From Arcobacteraceae bacterium (GTDB lineage: Bacteria > Campylobacterota > Campylobacteria > Campylobacterales > Arcobacteraceae): a DNA stretch of 64,000 nt. The notes under the pieces were generated by a model that saw only the letters and a program-made list of their open reading frames with translations, had not been told where the DNA came from and made no database searches. The stretch covers positions 11,368 to 75,367 of the forward strand of contig JBLWVX010000009.1 in the NCBI GenBank assembly GCA_048268245.1, in the 5' to 3' direction. Made by a program: the position numbers and the translations under genes. The stretch's first letter is position 1. Every line of letters begins with the position of its first letter. Positions 24,130 through 35,095 of this stretch are shown piece after piece.

Positions 24130-25362
24130 CTATCTATCAATTTCACCAAATACGATGTTTAGGTTACCAATAATAGTAACAACGTCAGCTAATTGTGTTC
24201 CTACTAGAATCTCTTCTAAGATTGCAGTATGTTGGAAACTTGGTGTTCTCATTTTAAGTCTATAAGCGTATGGTGTTCCATCACTTACTACATAATATCC
24301 TAACTCACCCTTTGGTGATTCAGTTGCAACATAAACTTCACCTTTTGGTGGTCTCATACCTTGTGTTACAAGTACAAAGTGTTGCATTAAAGAGTAGTTT
24401 TGAGTCATAATTTGCTCTTTTGGAGCTGAAATATACTCAGGAGCGTGAGCCATAAGTTGAGATTCACTTTCCATGTACATTGGGAATAATTGTCTTAAAA
24501 TTTTAGCAGACTCTCTAATCTCAGCAATACAAAGTTTGTATCTACCATAAGAGTCACAAGTTTCAGAAATTGGAACATCAAAATCTAATTCATCATAAAT
24601 ACCATAAGGCATCTCTTTTCTTAGGTCCCATTTAATACCAGCACCTCTTAAAGGAATACCTGAACATCCCCAATCTTTTGCCATTTGAGGTGTAATAACT
24701 CCTACATTTTCAAGTCTCATTTTCCAGATTCTATTTTCTGTTAATAAACCTTCATATTTTTCTAACTCTTCATGTAAGATCTTTAAGAATGACTCACAAT
24801 CATCAATCCAGTTAGATGGTAAGTCTAAAGGAACTCCACCAATTCTAACAGCTGAGTGTGTAAGCCTTGCACCACAATAGTCTTCAATTAAGTCCATTGC
24901 GTATTCTCTTTCTCTAAAACAGTATAAGAACATCGACATAGCACCAACATCAAGTGCATGAGTTGCTAACCAGAATAAGTGAGAAGTAATTCTATTTAAT
25001 TCTAAAAGCATAGTTCTAATAATCTCTGCTCTTCTTGGTGCTTCAATACCAAGTAACTTTTCAATAGCTAAAGCATAACCATAGTTATTAGAAGTTGCAG
25101 CGATATAGTCCATTCTGTCTGTAGTTGGTAAGAATTCATTATAAATCATATTCTCAGCCATTTTTTCCATACCTCTATGAAGGTATCCAATTAATGGTCT
25201 TGATTTTACAACTTCCTCACCTTGTAATTCTAAAGCAAGTCTTAACTGACCGTGAGCTGATGGGTGTTGAGGCCCAAAGTTCACCATCATTGTGTTATCT
25301 TCTCTCTCGAAGTTTATATTTTCAAAAAAAGGTTTTAATCTATTTGGTTGTTGTGTTTGCAT
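24130..25362 (-). CDS. nuoD: NADH-quinone oxidoreductase subunit D
   Basis: [36 protein letters not shown]. Confidence 0.97.
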   Translation of the reverse strand: MQTQQPNRLKPFFENINFEREDNTMMVNFGPQHPSAHGQLRLALELQGEEVVKSRPLIGYLHRGMEKMAENMIYNEFLPTTDRMDYIAATSNNYGYALAIEKLLGIEAPRRAEIIRTMLLELNRITSHLFWLATHALDVGAMSMFLYCFREREYAMDLIEDYCGARLTHSAVRIGGVPLDLPSNWIDDCESFLKILHEELEKYEGLLTENRIWKMRLENVGVITPQMAKDWGCSGIPLRGAGIKWDLRKEMPYGIYDELDFDVPISETCDSYGRYKLCIAEIRESAKILRQLFPMYMESESQLMAHAPEYISAPKEQIMTQNYSLMQHFVLVTQGMRPPKGEVYVATESPKGELGYYVVSDGTPYAYRLKMRTPSFQHTAILEEILVGTQLADVVTIIGNLNIVFGEIDR

Positions 25363-25368
25363 ACTTTA

Positions 25369-26172
25369 TTACCTTCTTCTTTTTAAAACAACTGATTCTT
25401 CAGGTTTTAATTTTTTCATAATTGGTGTGGCATTATCTTCTTGATAGTTAATAGCTGTTTCAGGCTCAAACTGTGAAATATCTGTATCATAAGGTACTTC
25501 ATGTCCAAGTCTTGCAAATCTAGTTGTGTCATATCTATCAATTGCTGCTGGATCTCTTTGTTCAGGTCCTATAATATCTCTAGCTTCTTTTCCGAAGATT
25601 TTATCAACTTCATACCATGAAGCTGCCTCATCACCTTGAAGTGGATAAGTTTTTCTAAGTGGGTGATCATACCAATCATCTGGCATAATAATTCTTTTCA
25701 TATTAGGATGATTTACTACTTTTACACCTAACATATCATACATTTCTCTCTCAGACCAGTTTGCTGATTTAAATACAAAAGTTACAGATTCAACAGCATC
25801 ATCTTTTTGTAAGAAACATTTGATTCTTAATCTTTTATGTTTTGATAATGATAGCATTTCATAGAATAGTTCATAACCATCTCTTTTAGCTAAGTAATCA
25901 ATAGCTGATAATTCCATTAACATATCGTACTCAAGCTCATCTTTTAAAAGAGTCATTGCATCAACAATAGAGTTTTTATCTATGTGCATTACTAAATGAG
26001 TATGTTCAATATAAGCTTCTTTTACATCAATCTTTGATGAGAAAGACTCATAATCTTTTGCAAACTGCCCATCTTCATTTACATCAAGTCTTGGTAAACT
26101 TGGTGTTACATAAAATCTATCTGAGAAGTATGATTTTCTTTGTACATCATCTTTTGGTTTATACTGTCTCAT
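25369..26172 (-). CDS. nuoC: NADH-quinone oxidoreductase subunit C
   Basis: ANWSEREMYDMLG, HPLRKTYPL. Confidence 0.95.
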   Translation of the reverse strand: MRQYKPKDDVQRKSYFSDRFYVTPSLPRLDVNEDGQFAKDYESFSSKIDVKEAYIEHTHLVMHIDKNSIVDAMTLLKDELEYDMLMELSAIDYLAKRDGYELFYEMLSLSKHKRLRIKCFLQKDDAVESVTFVFKSANWSEREMYDMLGVKVVNHPNMKRIIMPDDWYDHPLRKTYPLQGDEAASWYEVDKIFGKEARDIIGPEQRDPAAIDRYDTTRFARLGHEVPYDTDISQFEPETAINYQEDNATPIMKKLKPEESVVLKRRR

Positions 26173-26681
26173 TAAACTAACCTTTTTTTCTTCTTAGCTC
26201 TAAAGATTGATTCTCTTCTAATCTTCTTTTGCAGAGTCATTAATGCATACTGTAATGTTTCTGGTCTTGGAGCACAACCTGGTAAATAAATATCAACAGG
26301 TACAATTCTATCTGCACCTTGAACTGTTGCATAAGTATTAAACATACCACCTGTATTAGCACATGATCCCATAGAAATCACCCATTTTGGATCAGGCATT
26401 TGATCATAAAGCCTTCTCATGAATTCAGCGTGTTTTTTAGTTAATGTACCAGCAATAATAATACAGTCAGATTGTCTTGGAGATGCTCTAAAGATAGTAC
26501 CAAATCTATCGAAGTCATATCTTGAAGCACCAGTAGCCATCATCTCAATGGCACAACATGCTAATCCATAAGTCATAGGCCATATTGAGTTTGACCTACC
26601 AAAATTTACAAGCTTATCAATAGTTGTTAATTTTATAGGCGCTCCGCCATCTTGTAAATAATTTACTTTATGCTGTGCCAT
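26172..26681 (-). CDS. nuoB: NADH-quinone oxidoreductase subunit B
   Basis: [27 protein letters not shown]; start moved to MAQHKVNY (26681). Confidence 0.96.
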   Translation of the reverse strand: MAQHKVNYLQDGGAPIKLTTIDKLVNFGRSNSIWPMTYGLACCAIEMMATGASRYDFDRFGTIFRASPRQSDCIIIAGTLTKKHAEFMRRLYDQMPDPKWVISMGSCANTGGMFNTYATVQGADRIVPVDIYLPGCAPRPETLQYALMTLQKKIRRESIFRAKKKKRLV

Positions 26682-27052
26682 TCTAAGGCTCCTTTCTTCC
26701 ATTCATATAGGAATCCTATTGATAAAATCGTGATAAATAAAATCATTGCTACAAACCCAAACCAACCTAAAATTTTAAAGTTGATAGCCCATGGGAACAT
26801 AAAAATAATTTCAACATCAAATAGAATGAATAGTAATGCAACTAAGTAGAACTGTGTAGAGATTGTATTTGGTTGCTTTGTAACCTCTGGTCCACACTCA
26901 TATAGTGTAGTCTTAAGTTTCTCAGTATCAAGTCTAGCAATTTTCCTACTAATAAACCTTGATAACCATACAGTAGCACCAAATGCAGCAAATGTTACCA
27001 CAAACATAACAAATGCACCGAAATAAGGATGTGCAAAATCCATATGTGTCAT
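26663..27052 (-). CDS. nuoA: NADH-quinone oxidoreductase subunit A
   Basis: [21 protein letters not shown]. Confidence 0.96.
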   Translation of the reverse strand: MTHMDFAHPYFGAFVMFVVTFAAFGATVWLSRFISRKIARLDTEKLKTTLYECGPEVTKQPNTISTQFYLVALLFILFDVEIIFMFPWAINFKILGWFGFVAMILFITILSIGFLYEWKKGALEWHSIK

Positions 27053-27337
27053 ATCGTATATCCTTTATAAAACTTTCTAAAAAAGTTTACTTGAAGCTTA
27101 AATATAGTACCTAAATAGTATTAAATAGCCACTTTAATAGTTATGGTATGATATTTCTATCCCAATAAAAAAAAGCTTATGGGCTATTTTTTTGCTACAC
27201 ATGTAATCAAATTGACACCAAATGAAACACTATACTTCTATACCAACTTTTTATAGTCTTTTAGAACCATTATAAAAGAAGTATCTAAAATTGGTATGAT
27301 AAACTTACATATAATTATTACAAAAAATACACTTTTC

Positions 27338-27369
27338 ATGTTTCAAAATCTCAATGTTTCAAAATTTCA
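27338..27369. repeat. 16-bp tandem direct repeat upstream of nuoA
   Basis: ATGTTTCAAAATCTCA / ATGTTTCAAAATTTCA, one mismatch. Confidence 0.6.
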
Positions 27370-27499
27370 CATATTTACTTTTTTTTCTAACTTTATATAT
27401 TCTTTAAATTTTTACATTAGTTTATTTTTTTAATTTGAGCTGTTTTGAACAAAAAAGTATTTTTTTTAGTTTTTCTTTGGAGAAGATGAGAATATTTTT

Positions 27500-27525
27500 C
27501 AAAGAAGTAAAAGTTTACTTCTTTG
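27500..27525 (-). terminator. Hairpin after AAA ATPase gene
   Basis: CAAAGAAGTAAA-AG-TTTACTTCTTTG. Confidence 0.65.
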
Positions 27526-27533
27526 TTTTTCGA

Positions 27534-29267
27534 TTAAAAAAAGCCTACTTTATTTTCAGAATCAAACTGACCTTTTTGCTCTTTTTGAATCTGTTCTTTG
27601 AAGTCTTCAACTTTAAATATTGGATCATCACTAACTGCTAATTTATATGCAGTGTTTTTTATAATAAGCTCAATTTGTCCACCTGTTAACTCATAAGAAG
27701 CTAACTCTTCTAAATCAAAGTTTTCATCAAGTGGTAAAGCCTCAGGTAAAAGCTTTTTCCAAAGTAATACTCTTTGAGCTTTATTTGGTTTCATAAACTC
27801 AATTTTGTAGTTGAATCTTCTTGAAAATGCTTTATCTAAGTTTTCAAGTAAGTTAGTTGTTGCTATTAAAATTCCATCAAATCTCTCAATTTGTTCTAAG
27901 AAAATATTTTGCATTTGGTTGTGCATTTTATCACTACCACTTCCAGCACCTGTTGTTCTTGAACTTAAGAATTGATCTGCTTCATTTAAAAGTAAAATTG
28001 GCTCTGATTTGGAGATTTCTCTAAGTTCGTAATACTTATCAAAAATAGCTCTTACATTCTTTTCACTCTCACCTACATACATAGAAAGTATTTTTGAACA
28101 ATCAAAACTAAGAACTTCTTTTTTAAGTGATTTAGCCATTGCTAAAGCTGTTAAAGTTTTACCAGTTCCTGCAACACCATAGAAAATGATTTTTGCATCA
28201 ATTCCTCTTTTTTTATCTTTAATTCCCCATTGCTTTAATCTGTTTGCAACTGTTTTATCTACTTGCTGTAGTAAAGCCTCTAAAGTCTCTTTTGTTTTAT
28301 CATTTAAAACCACATCATCCAAGCTTTTAGATGTATTTACAAGCTCAAACATATCTTGGTCTTTGATAACTGAGTCTAGTTTGATTTTTGTTCTTCTAGT
28401 TTTTTTCTTTGTTGGGTGAGAGATTTTATATAAAATCTCATCAGGAATATAGAAGTTTCTGTTTATTCCACCAAAAGCTGTAAGAACTTCATCATAATCA
28501 ACTAAACCTTTTGATACTAAGTTTGAACTTTCTTCAAGTAAACTTCTATATTTTATTTTTTCATAGTCATCAGATGAAATTAGTTCAATTAAGGCATTCA
28601 TATCTCTAATCGAACCATCACCACCTGAATACTCTTCTTTTAATAAAGCTAAAAATAGTGTTTGTTCTTGATCACCTAAATCATTCTCTTTAAAAAAATC
28701 TTCAAGCATTATTGAACTATTTGTTACTTTTACTCTCTCTTTAATTCTATTTTCTAGTAAAACAAGTTTTGATTTTAACCTATTTGAACTAGGAGAATTA
28801 ATATCAAAGTTCTTTCTAACTACATTTAGTTGTTGTACTAAATCTATCTTGAAAAATTGATCTTGTAAATACTCTAAATGATCGCTGTAGCTTTTGATTT
28901 CAGGAAGAATAAAATCCCCTGAGATATTCTCAAATAGTTTTAAATATGAACTAGAAAGTGCAATATTTGAGTTTAATAATTCAAGTTTTGAAACTTCATT
29001 TAACTTTATTTGATCAAAAGCAACTTGAACTAACCAGCCACATTCTAAAAGGGATTTGATTAAGTCTAATTTATCTAAGTGTTCATACTCTTTTATGTCG
29101 CAAAATTCAGATAATACATCTATTACTATTAAAGTGTCTCTACCTTTCACATACTCTTTTGTTAAGTATTGAAGTAAAAGACCTTCATCTTTTTTACATT
29201 TTAACCTTTTATAAAAATTTGTCTTTGTAATATCCGAAGCTTTTATAAAATTAACTAATTCTTTCAT
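27534..29267 (-). CDS. AAA+ family ATPase
   Basis: YGVAGTGKT Walker A, LLLNEADQF Walker B, ATTN sensor, AFSRRF arginine finger. Confidence 0.9.
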   Translation of the reverse strand: MKELVNFIKASDITKTNFYKRLKCKKDEGLLLQYLTKEYVKGRDTLIVIDVLSEFCDIKEYEHLDKLDLIKSLLECGWLVQVAFDQIKLNEVSKLELLNSNIALSSSYLKLFENISGDFILPEIKSYSDHLEYLQDQFFKIDLVQQLNVVRKNFDINSPSSNRLKSKLVLLENRIKERVKVTNSSIMLEDFFKENDLGDQEQTLFLALLKEEYSGGDGSIRDMNALIELISSDDYEKIKYRSLLEESSNLVSKGLVDYDEVLTAFGGINRNFYIPDEILYKISHPTKKKTRRTKIKLDSVIKDQDMFELVNTSKSLDDVVLNDKTKETLEALLQQVDKTVANRLKQWGIKDKKRGIDAKIIFYGVAGTGKTLTALAMAKSLKKEVLSFDCSKILSMYVGESEKNVRAIFDKYYELREISKSEPILLLNEADQFLSSRTTGAGSGSDKMHNQMQNIFLEQIERFDGILIATTNLLENLDKAFSRRFNYKIEFMKPNKAQRVLLWKKLLPEALPLDENFDLEELASYELTGGQIELIIKNTAYKLAVSDDPIFKVEDFKEQIQKEQKGQFDSENKVGFF

Positions 29268-29449
29268 CTATTTAAAATATCCTATATAATATATGTGTAA
29301 TCTTTGATAATACATTAAATTCTCTTAACTACTAATGAGCTGTTAAAATTAACTTAAAAATTATAATATTGTTGCATATAAATTATTATTTAAGAATAAT
29401 TTATCTAAGATATCATATTTTTAAATTATAATTATAATAAGGAATACTC

Positions 29450-31828
29450 ATGAAGAATAGTCTTATAGCTTTATTTGCTTTGATTTTTTTTACTGCTTGT
29501 TCGATCTCTAACATAAATCAAAATAGCATTAGTCCAAAAGAAGAGTTAATAAAAGCTTCACAAAATGGTGATTTAAATGCTATGTATCAATTAAAAGAAC
29601 ATTATAAATTTCCAGAAACAAAAGAAGGATTATACTATTTTGATAAATGGTATAAAAATATCAATAGTAAAAACAATGCCCAAGAGATTACAAAGGTAGC
29701 AAAAATCTATGATGAATATGCTGATATGTTTATCAATGGAAACCAAAAAGCTCATGAACTTTTTAAATTAGCAGCAAGCCTTGGTGATAATGGTGCAAAT
29801 ATAGAACTAATAAAGTCTTATTTAAAAGTTTATAAAAGAGAAGAAGCTAAAGCTTTAGAAGATAAAATAATTAACTCTTTAAACGAAAAGCAAATGCAAG
29901 AACTATACTTATTTTATTCTAAGAACTACTTTTCAAGACAAACTGAAAATATCGAAAAGATTATGAAAGAAAAATCTTTTGAACTTCCTATTGAAGCTAT
30001 CATAACAAAGATTAGAAGAAGCAGTTATAGAAAAAGTGAAGAAAAAAAAGTCAATGAGCTAATAAACTCTATTTTAGATAAAAAAAATAGTGAAGACATT
30101 TATAAAGTTGCAAATTTATTTTACAAAAAATATAGATTTAAAAAAGCAATACCTCTTTATGAAAAGGTACTTGAACTAGACCCTAAAAACCAAAAAGCTC
30201 TAATTGAGTTAGGAAGTATTTATAATAAAGGGAACTATAGAGAGAAACTTGAAAAAAGTAGTGACAAAGCCCAAGAGTATCTTGAAAAAGCTTCAGTTTT
30301 AGGAAATGAGGAAGCAACTTCTAAACTTCTAAAAAGTTATGCATATGATAAAAAATATTTAGATAAATACTTTACATTAAAACAGAATCTTGAAAAATCA
30401 CAAGATGGCAAACTAATGCTTGCTAAATTTTATAAAGAAAAAAGAGAATATACAAAAGCTTATAATATTTTTGAAGAATTAGCAAATGATGGAATTCATG
30501 AAGCAATTGTAGAACTTGCAATAAATAGAAATTCTAGGTATAGATTTAATCCAGAAACTCATGCTAGAACAAAAAAATGGCAAGACTATATCTACAACTC
30601 AAAAGATGAAAAACTAAAAGAAAAATATAAAAAGATAATTTCAGACCCTTATAAAAAAAGATACTTTAAAGAAGAAAATGAAAAATACTCTACAAATAAA
30701 CTTGAAACAGATAATATCTTTGAATTAAGAAATGTTTTTAGAGATTATAAATACAAAGACAAAGATTTAGCACTAAAGGCTATAAAAAAAGCTGTAGAAT
30801 TTGGAGATGTGAAAAGTACTTACTCTCTTATTAACTTTTACAAAAGAGATAGTAAATACAAAGATTTCAATAAAGCCTTAGAGCTTTTAAAATCTTTAGA
30901 AAAAAGAGGTGAGAAAAAAGCGACTAAAGAGCTTGCTGATTTATATTTCAACCCTCCATATGGACTTAAAAAGTATAAAGATGAAGAAAAAGCTATCAAG
31001 CTTTATGAAAAACTTGCAGAGCAAGGAAACTATCAGGCTTTAAGAAAACTTGTAGATATATATCTTTGTGGAAGATGTGAAGGAAATAGAACAGACCATA
31101 AAAAAGCAAAATACTTCCTTGAGAAGTTAGCACCAAGAGGATACTCTTATGACTTAGCTAATTTAGGTTGGGTAAATCAATATGGTGTTGGAGTAAAAAG
31201 AGACCTTCAAAAAGCAAAAGAGCTATATGAACAAGCTGCTCAAAAAGGCTATACTACTGCTTATTATTATCTTACTTGGCTTTACTATCAAGATGAAGAA
31301 TCGCCAAAAGATACAATGATAAAACTTGATTATAAAAAAGCCTTAGAATACTTAAAAAAAGGTCATGAAAGAAAAGACTACAGAGCTACAAATCTAATAG
31401 GTGTTTTTTATGAAAAAGGTTTTGGAGTAAAAAAAGATAGAGAAAAAGCTGTATCTTACTATAAAATGGCTGCTTCAAAAGATATGTTTGCGGCTTATCA
31501 TTTAGGACAATACTACTATGATATAAAAGATTATGAAAAAGCTGCTAAACAATATAAGCAAGCTGAAGATAAGGGACATAAAGCAGCTATTGTAAAACTT
31601 GGAATTATGTATGAGAAAGGTCTTTTAGGAAAAGTTGATATAGAAAAAGCATTAAACTATTACACAAAAGCTTATAAACAATATGATGATAAAGTTGCAG
31701 CATATAATATTGGTCTTATTTTCCATTATGGAAAAGGTGGTACAAAAAAAGATGTTAAAGTAGCTAAGCAATGGTATGAAAAAGCAGGTACAGAAAATGC
31801 TAAAAAGCAACTAAAACTTTTAAAATAA
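29450..31828 (+). CDS. Sel1/TPR repeat lipoprotein
   Basis: Lipobox FTAC; repeats such as GVGVKRDLQKAKELYEQAA and GFGVKKDREKAVSYYKMAA. Confidence 0.88.
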   Translation: MKNSLIALFALIFFTACSISNINQNSISPKEELIKASQNGDLNAMYQLKEHYKFPETKEGLYYFDKWYKNINSKNNAQEITKVAKIYDEYADMFINGNQKAHELFKLAASLGDNGANIELIKSYLKVYKREEAKALEDKIINSLNEKQMQELYLFYSKNYFSRQTENIEKIMKEKSFELPIEAIITKIRRSSYRKSEEKKVNELINSILDKKNSEDIYKVANLFYKKYRFKKAIPLYEKVLELDPKNQKALIELGSIYNKGNYREKLEKSSDKAQEYLEKASVLGNEEATSKLLKSYAYDKKYLDKYFTLKQNLEKSQDGKLMLAKFYKEKREYTKAYNIFEELANDGIHEAIVELAINRNSRYRFNPETHARTKKWQDYIYNSKDEKLKEKYKKIISDPYKKRYFKEENEKYSTNKLETDNIFELRNVFRDYKYKDKDLALKAIKKAVEFGDVKSTYSLINFYKRDSKYKDFNKALELLKSLEKRGEKKATKELADLYFNPPYGLKKYKDEEKAIKLYEKLAEQGNYQALRKLVDIYLCGRCEGNRTDHKKAKYFLEKLAPRGYSYDLANLGWVNQYGVGVKRDLQKAKELYEQAAQKGYTTAYYYLTWLYYQDEESPKDTMIKLDYKKALEYLKKGHERKDYRATNLIGVFYEKGFGVKKDREKAVSYYKMAASKDMFAAYHLGQYYYDIKDYEKAAKQYKQAEDKGHKAAIVKLGIMYEKGLLGKVDIEKALNYYTKAYKQYDDKVAAYNIGLIFHYGKGGTKKDVKVAKQWYEKAGTENAKKQLKLLK

Positions 31829-31852
31829 AGAAGTAACTTTACTTCTTTATTT
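31823..31852. terminator. Bidirectional terminator hairpin between convergent genes
   Basis: AAATAAAGAAGTAA-CT-TTACTTCTTTATTT. Confidence 0.7.
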
Positions 31853-32192
31853 CATCTTTTAAATCTTCATAAAACTTATAAAGTTCATCTTTAGACTTGA
31901 ACTGTAACTTTTCTTTATCATTTAATAAAATATCTAATTTTTCTACTTTGATATTTGTAATATTACTATAGCTATACTCTTTTGTATTTTTCTTCAAATC
32001 AATAGTAAAACTATTTGCCACATCTAAAATTTTATCATTACATAAAGCTTTATATGAACCTTTTGAGTATGTTATAGATGTACAGTTTTTTGATTTTAAG
32101 TAATCTTCTATTTGCTCTAAGTTTGATGAGTTCATCATATTTAAAGATACTGCAATTAAAGCTATAAATAAAAAGAAACCTATAAAAATCAT
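31839..32192 (-). CDS. Hypothetical membrane-anchored protein
   Basis: N-terminal hydrophobic helix, AGGAG SD upstream. Confidence 0.7.
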   Translation of the reverse strand: MIFIGFFLFIALIAVSLNMMNSSNLEQIEDYLKSKNCTSITYSKGSYKALCNDKILDVANSFTIDLKKNTKEYSYSNITNIKVEKLDILLNDKEKLQFKSKDELYKFYEDLKDEIKK

Positions 32193-32314
32193 ATAAAATC
32201 TCCTAAATAAATATATGTAAATATTACAAGAATAACTCTTAACTTCGTATAATTATCTAAAATTAGATAAAATATTATCAAAAAATTACAAGTTGTATCT
32301 ACAAGGAATAAAAT

Positions 32315-32932
32315 ATGTTAAAAAGCACTACAAAACTTTTAGTGACTTCTGCAATAGCTTCTATACTTTTAACAGGATGTAACAACTATGAGCAGTCACT
32401 AAAAGTTTTACCAACAGAATTAGCCCAAGCAAATCAGTGTATCAGTCAAGATAAAGAGTTTGAAGAGAACTGCTACGATTTAATCTCTTACAAAAATACT
32501 ATTGCTATTTTAAGACTTGGTATTAAGAAGTATTCAGAAGGTAAATATAAAGATGCTTTTACTCTTTATACTTTAGCTCAAGAAAGAGGTAATTTCTATG
32601 CAAATGCACTACTTTCAGAGTTATACCTGAAAGGAAGAGGTGTAATAAAAAATGAAGAACTTGGGATAGACTTACTAAAAGATACAAAAAAAGTAGACCC
32701 AATGGCTGCTTATAAACTATCTTTTTATTATATGAATGAAAAAGATTATGATGAAGTAATAAAGCTTTTAACTTTTGCTGCAAATAACAATGTAAAAAAT
32801 GCCCAGTTAGAACTATCAAAAATCTATGCAAACGGGAAAATAGTAAAACCAGATACTCAAAAGAGTATCTTCTGGTTAGAAAAGTTTGAAAACAAAACAA
32901 ATAGTTTTATGATGAAAATCTACGGTATCTGA
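32315..32932 (+). CDS. Sel1 repeat lipoprotein
   Basis: Lipobox LTGC; YLKGRGVIKNEELG and YANGKIVKPDTQKS Sel1-like repeats. Confidence 0.82.
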   Translation: MLKSTTKLLVTSAIASILLTGCNNYEQSLKVLPTELAQANQCISQDKEFEENCYDLISYKNTIAILRLGIKKYSEGKYKDAFTLYTLAQERGNFYANALLSELYLKGRGVIKNEELGIDLLKDTKKVDPMAAYKLSFYYMNEKDYDEVIKLLTFAANNNVKNAQLELSKIYANGKIVKPDTQKSIFWLEKFENKTNSFMMKIYGI

Positions 32933-33852
32933 TAACCTTCAAGTATCATAAGTATTGCTGAAATTGAAAATATCGAAAGTAATGTCTGCATAGTAATAAT
33001 TGCGGACATTAGCTTTAAATCTCCTCCCAATTCCCTTGCCAAAATATATGCACTTGAAGCCGTAGGCATAGCCCCAAAGAGTACAAGAACTAATAACGGA
33101 AGTCCCGTAACACCTAAATTTACAGCTGTAAAGAAAATAAGTACAGGGAAAAGAGCAAGCTTTATAAATACAGATGAGAATAACTCAAACTTCACTTCTT
33201 TTAAATGAGTGATATGTAAACCAACCCCAACAGATAAAAGACCCAAAGGAAGTGCAGCAGCACTTAAAATAGAAAGAGTTTTTTCCACAGGAGCAACAAG
33301 TGAAATATCTAAAAAGTTTAAACCTCCACCTATTATACAAGCTACAATCAATGGATTTTTGAAAATAGATTTTACAAAAGAGATGAAAGTAATCTTATCA
33401 CTTGAGGCATAAATAGAAAAAATCCCTATACAAAATACATTTATACTAGGTATTAAAAAGGTCATAAGTAAAGCAGCTAAAACTAAACCACTATCACTAT
33501 AAATAGCATCTGTTAAAGCTAAAAACACGTAAGTATTAAACCTAATTGAGCCTTGATAAACAGAAGTAAAAGAAGGGCCATCAAAAAAGAACATAATCTT
33601 ATCAGCTATCATAAGTAAGCCTGTGATAATTCCAATAGTCAAAAGAGCTGAAAAAACAAAGTTTACCCCATCTATGTCATCTAAAGAAGCAGTTGAAAGC
33701 TTATAAATCAAAAGAGCAGGAAATAGTATGTAATAGGTAAACTTATCAGCATATTGCCAAAACTGTTCATCAGGGAATTTTATACGCTTTAAAAAGTATC
33801 CTAAAGATATAAGTAAAAAAATTGGTATTAGTGCTAGTAGTATGTTTTGCAT
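32920..33852 (-). CDS. AEC (auxin efflux carrier) family transporter
   Basis: YILFPAL, KNPLI, PLGLLSVG, MPTASSAYILARELGGD. Confidence 0.88.
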   Translation of the reverse strand: MQNILLALIPIFLLISLGYFLKRIKFPDEQFWQYADKFTYYILFPALLIYKLSTASLDDIDGVNFVFSALLTIGIITGLLMIADKIMFFFDGPSFTSVYQGSIRFNTYVFLALTDAIYSDSGLVLAALLMTFLIPSINVFCIGIFSIYASSDKITFISFVKSIFKNPLIVACIIGGGLNFLDISLVAPVEKTLSILSAAALPLGLLSVGVGLHITHLKEVKFELFSSVFIKLALFPVLIFFTAVNLGVTGLPLLVLVLFGAMPTASSAYILARELGGDLKLMSAIITMQTLLSIFSISAILMILEGYQIP

Positions 33853-33935
33853 GTTTATCCTAATAATTTATATAATTAAGATATTATATTTAAGTAGTTT
33901 TATTTTTTGTTTAAAGTATTAGCAAAGAAGTAAAA

Positions 33936-34781
33936 CTACTTCTCTACTAAATCATATAAGGCTTGAATTTCCTCAGCCCAGATAGTTTCATCGATTGTTT
34001 CTAGTACTAATGGAATATCATCCATTCTATCATCATTCATGATAAACTTAAATGCATCCCATCCAATCTGTCCCATACCTAAACTATGGTGTCTATCTAC
34101 TCTACTCCCTAGTTCTGGTTTTGAGTCATTTATATGCATTCCCATAAGATACTCACGTCCTACTACCTCATCAAACTCTTTCCATGTTTTATCATAAGCT
34201 TCTCTTGTTCTGATGTCATAACCAGCTGTAAACATGTGACAGGTATCTATACATACACCAATTCTTGATTTATCTTCAACTTTATCAATTAAGTATGCTA
34301 AATGCTCAAACTTATAACCTAAATTACTTCCTTGACCGGCTGTGTTTTCAATAACTAATTTTATATCATTTGTAGCATCAATTGCTTGATTTAAAGATAA
34401 TGCAATTCTATCTAAACACTCTTCTTCACTTATCTTTCTAAGATGAGAACCTGGGTGAAAGTTAAGTCTATCAAGCTTTAAAATTTCACATCTTTCAATC
34501 TCATGTAAAAACCCATCAAGTGACTTTTGTCTTTTCTCTTCTTCTGGGTGACCTAAGTTGATTAAGTATGAATCATGTGGCAAGATATGTTTTGCTTCGA
34601 TTCCTGTTTCTTCCATCTCTTTAAACCACTTATCTAAAACCTTTGTTTCAAAGTCTTTTGCTCTCCATTGTCTTTGGTTTTTTACAAAAAGAGCAAAGGC
34701 CTTACATCCAATCTCTCTTGCGTTTATTGGGGCATTAAATACTCCACCAGTTGCGCTTACATGTGCTCCTACATATTTCAT
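33936..34781 (-). CDS. nfo: Endonuclease IV
   Basis: [39 protein letters not shown]. Confidence 0.97.
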   Translation of the reverse strand: MKYVGAHVSATGGVFNAPINAREIGCKAFALFVKNQRQWRAKDFETKVLDKWFKEMEETGIEAKHILPHDSYLINLGHPEEEKRQKSLDGFLHEIERCEILKLDRLNFHPGSHLRKISEEECLDRIALSLNQAIDATNDIKLVIENTAGQGSNLGYKFEHLAYLIDKVEDKSRIGVCIDTCHMFTAGYDIRTREAYDKTWKEFDEVVGREYLMGMHINDSKPELGSRVDRHHSLGMGQIGWDAFKFIMNDDRMDDIPLVLETIDETIWAEEIQALYDLVEK

Positions 34782-35095
34782 ATATTTATCCTATTAATTT
34801 AATATTATTTACACTTATTAGATTTATAATATAAGCTTAATTTAATAAGTGATTTTTGTTTCATGATTTTTGAATTATTATAAGCTTATATAAAGTGTCA
34901 TTTATTAACACTAGTTAAGAAATTTACAATCTTTAGCAAGTTTTTATCATATCCTAAAATGGCTAAGTATAGAATAATTGAATATTTTAAGTTTGAGGCT
35001 CGCTATATATGGGCTATAAAAATTTAGTAACATTTCAAACATATATTTGTAAAAGTTTATCTTACAAATAAAATAGTGAAAAAAAGGTTTATTTG

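Noticed and set aside
27534..29267. AAA ATPase as a defence or mobile-element gene
   Set aside because: Lies among housekeeping genes with no partner nuclease, protease or mobility gene
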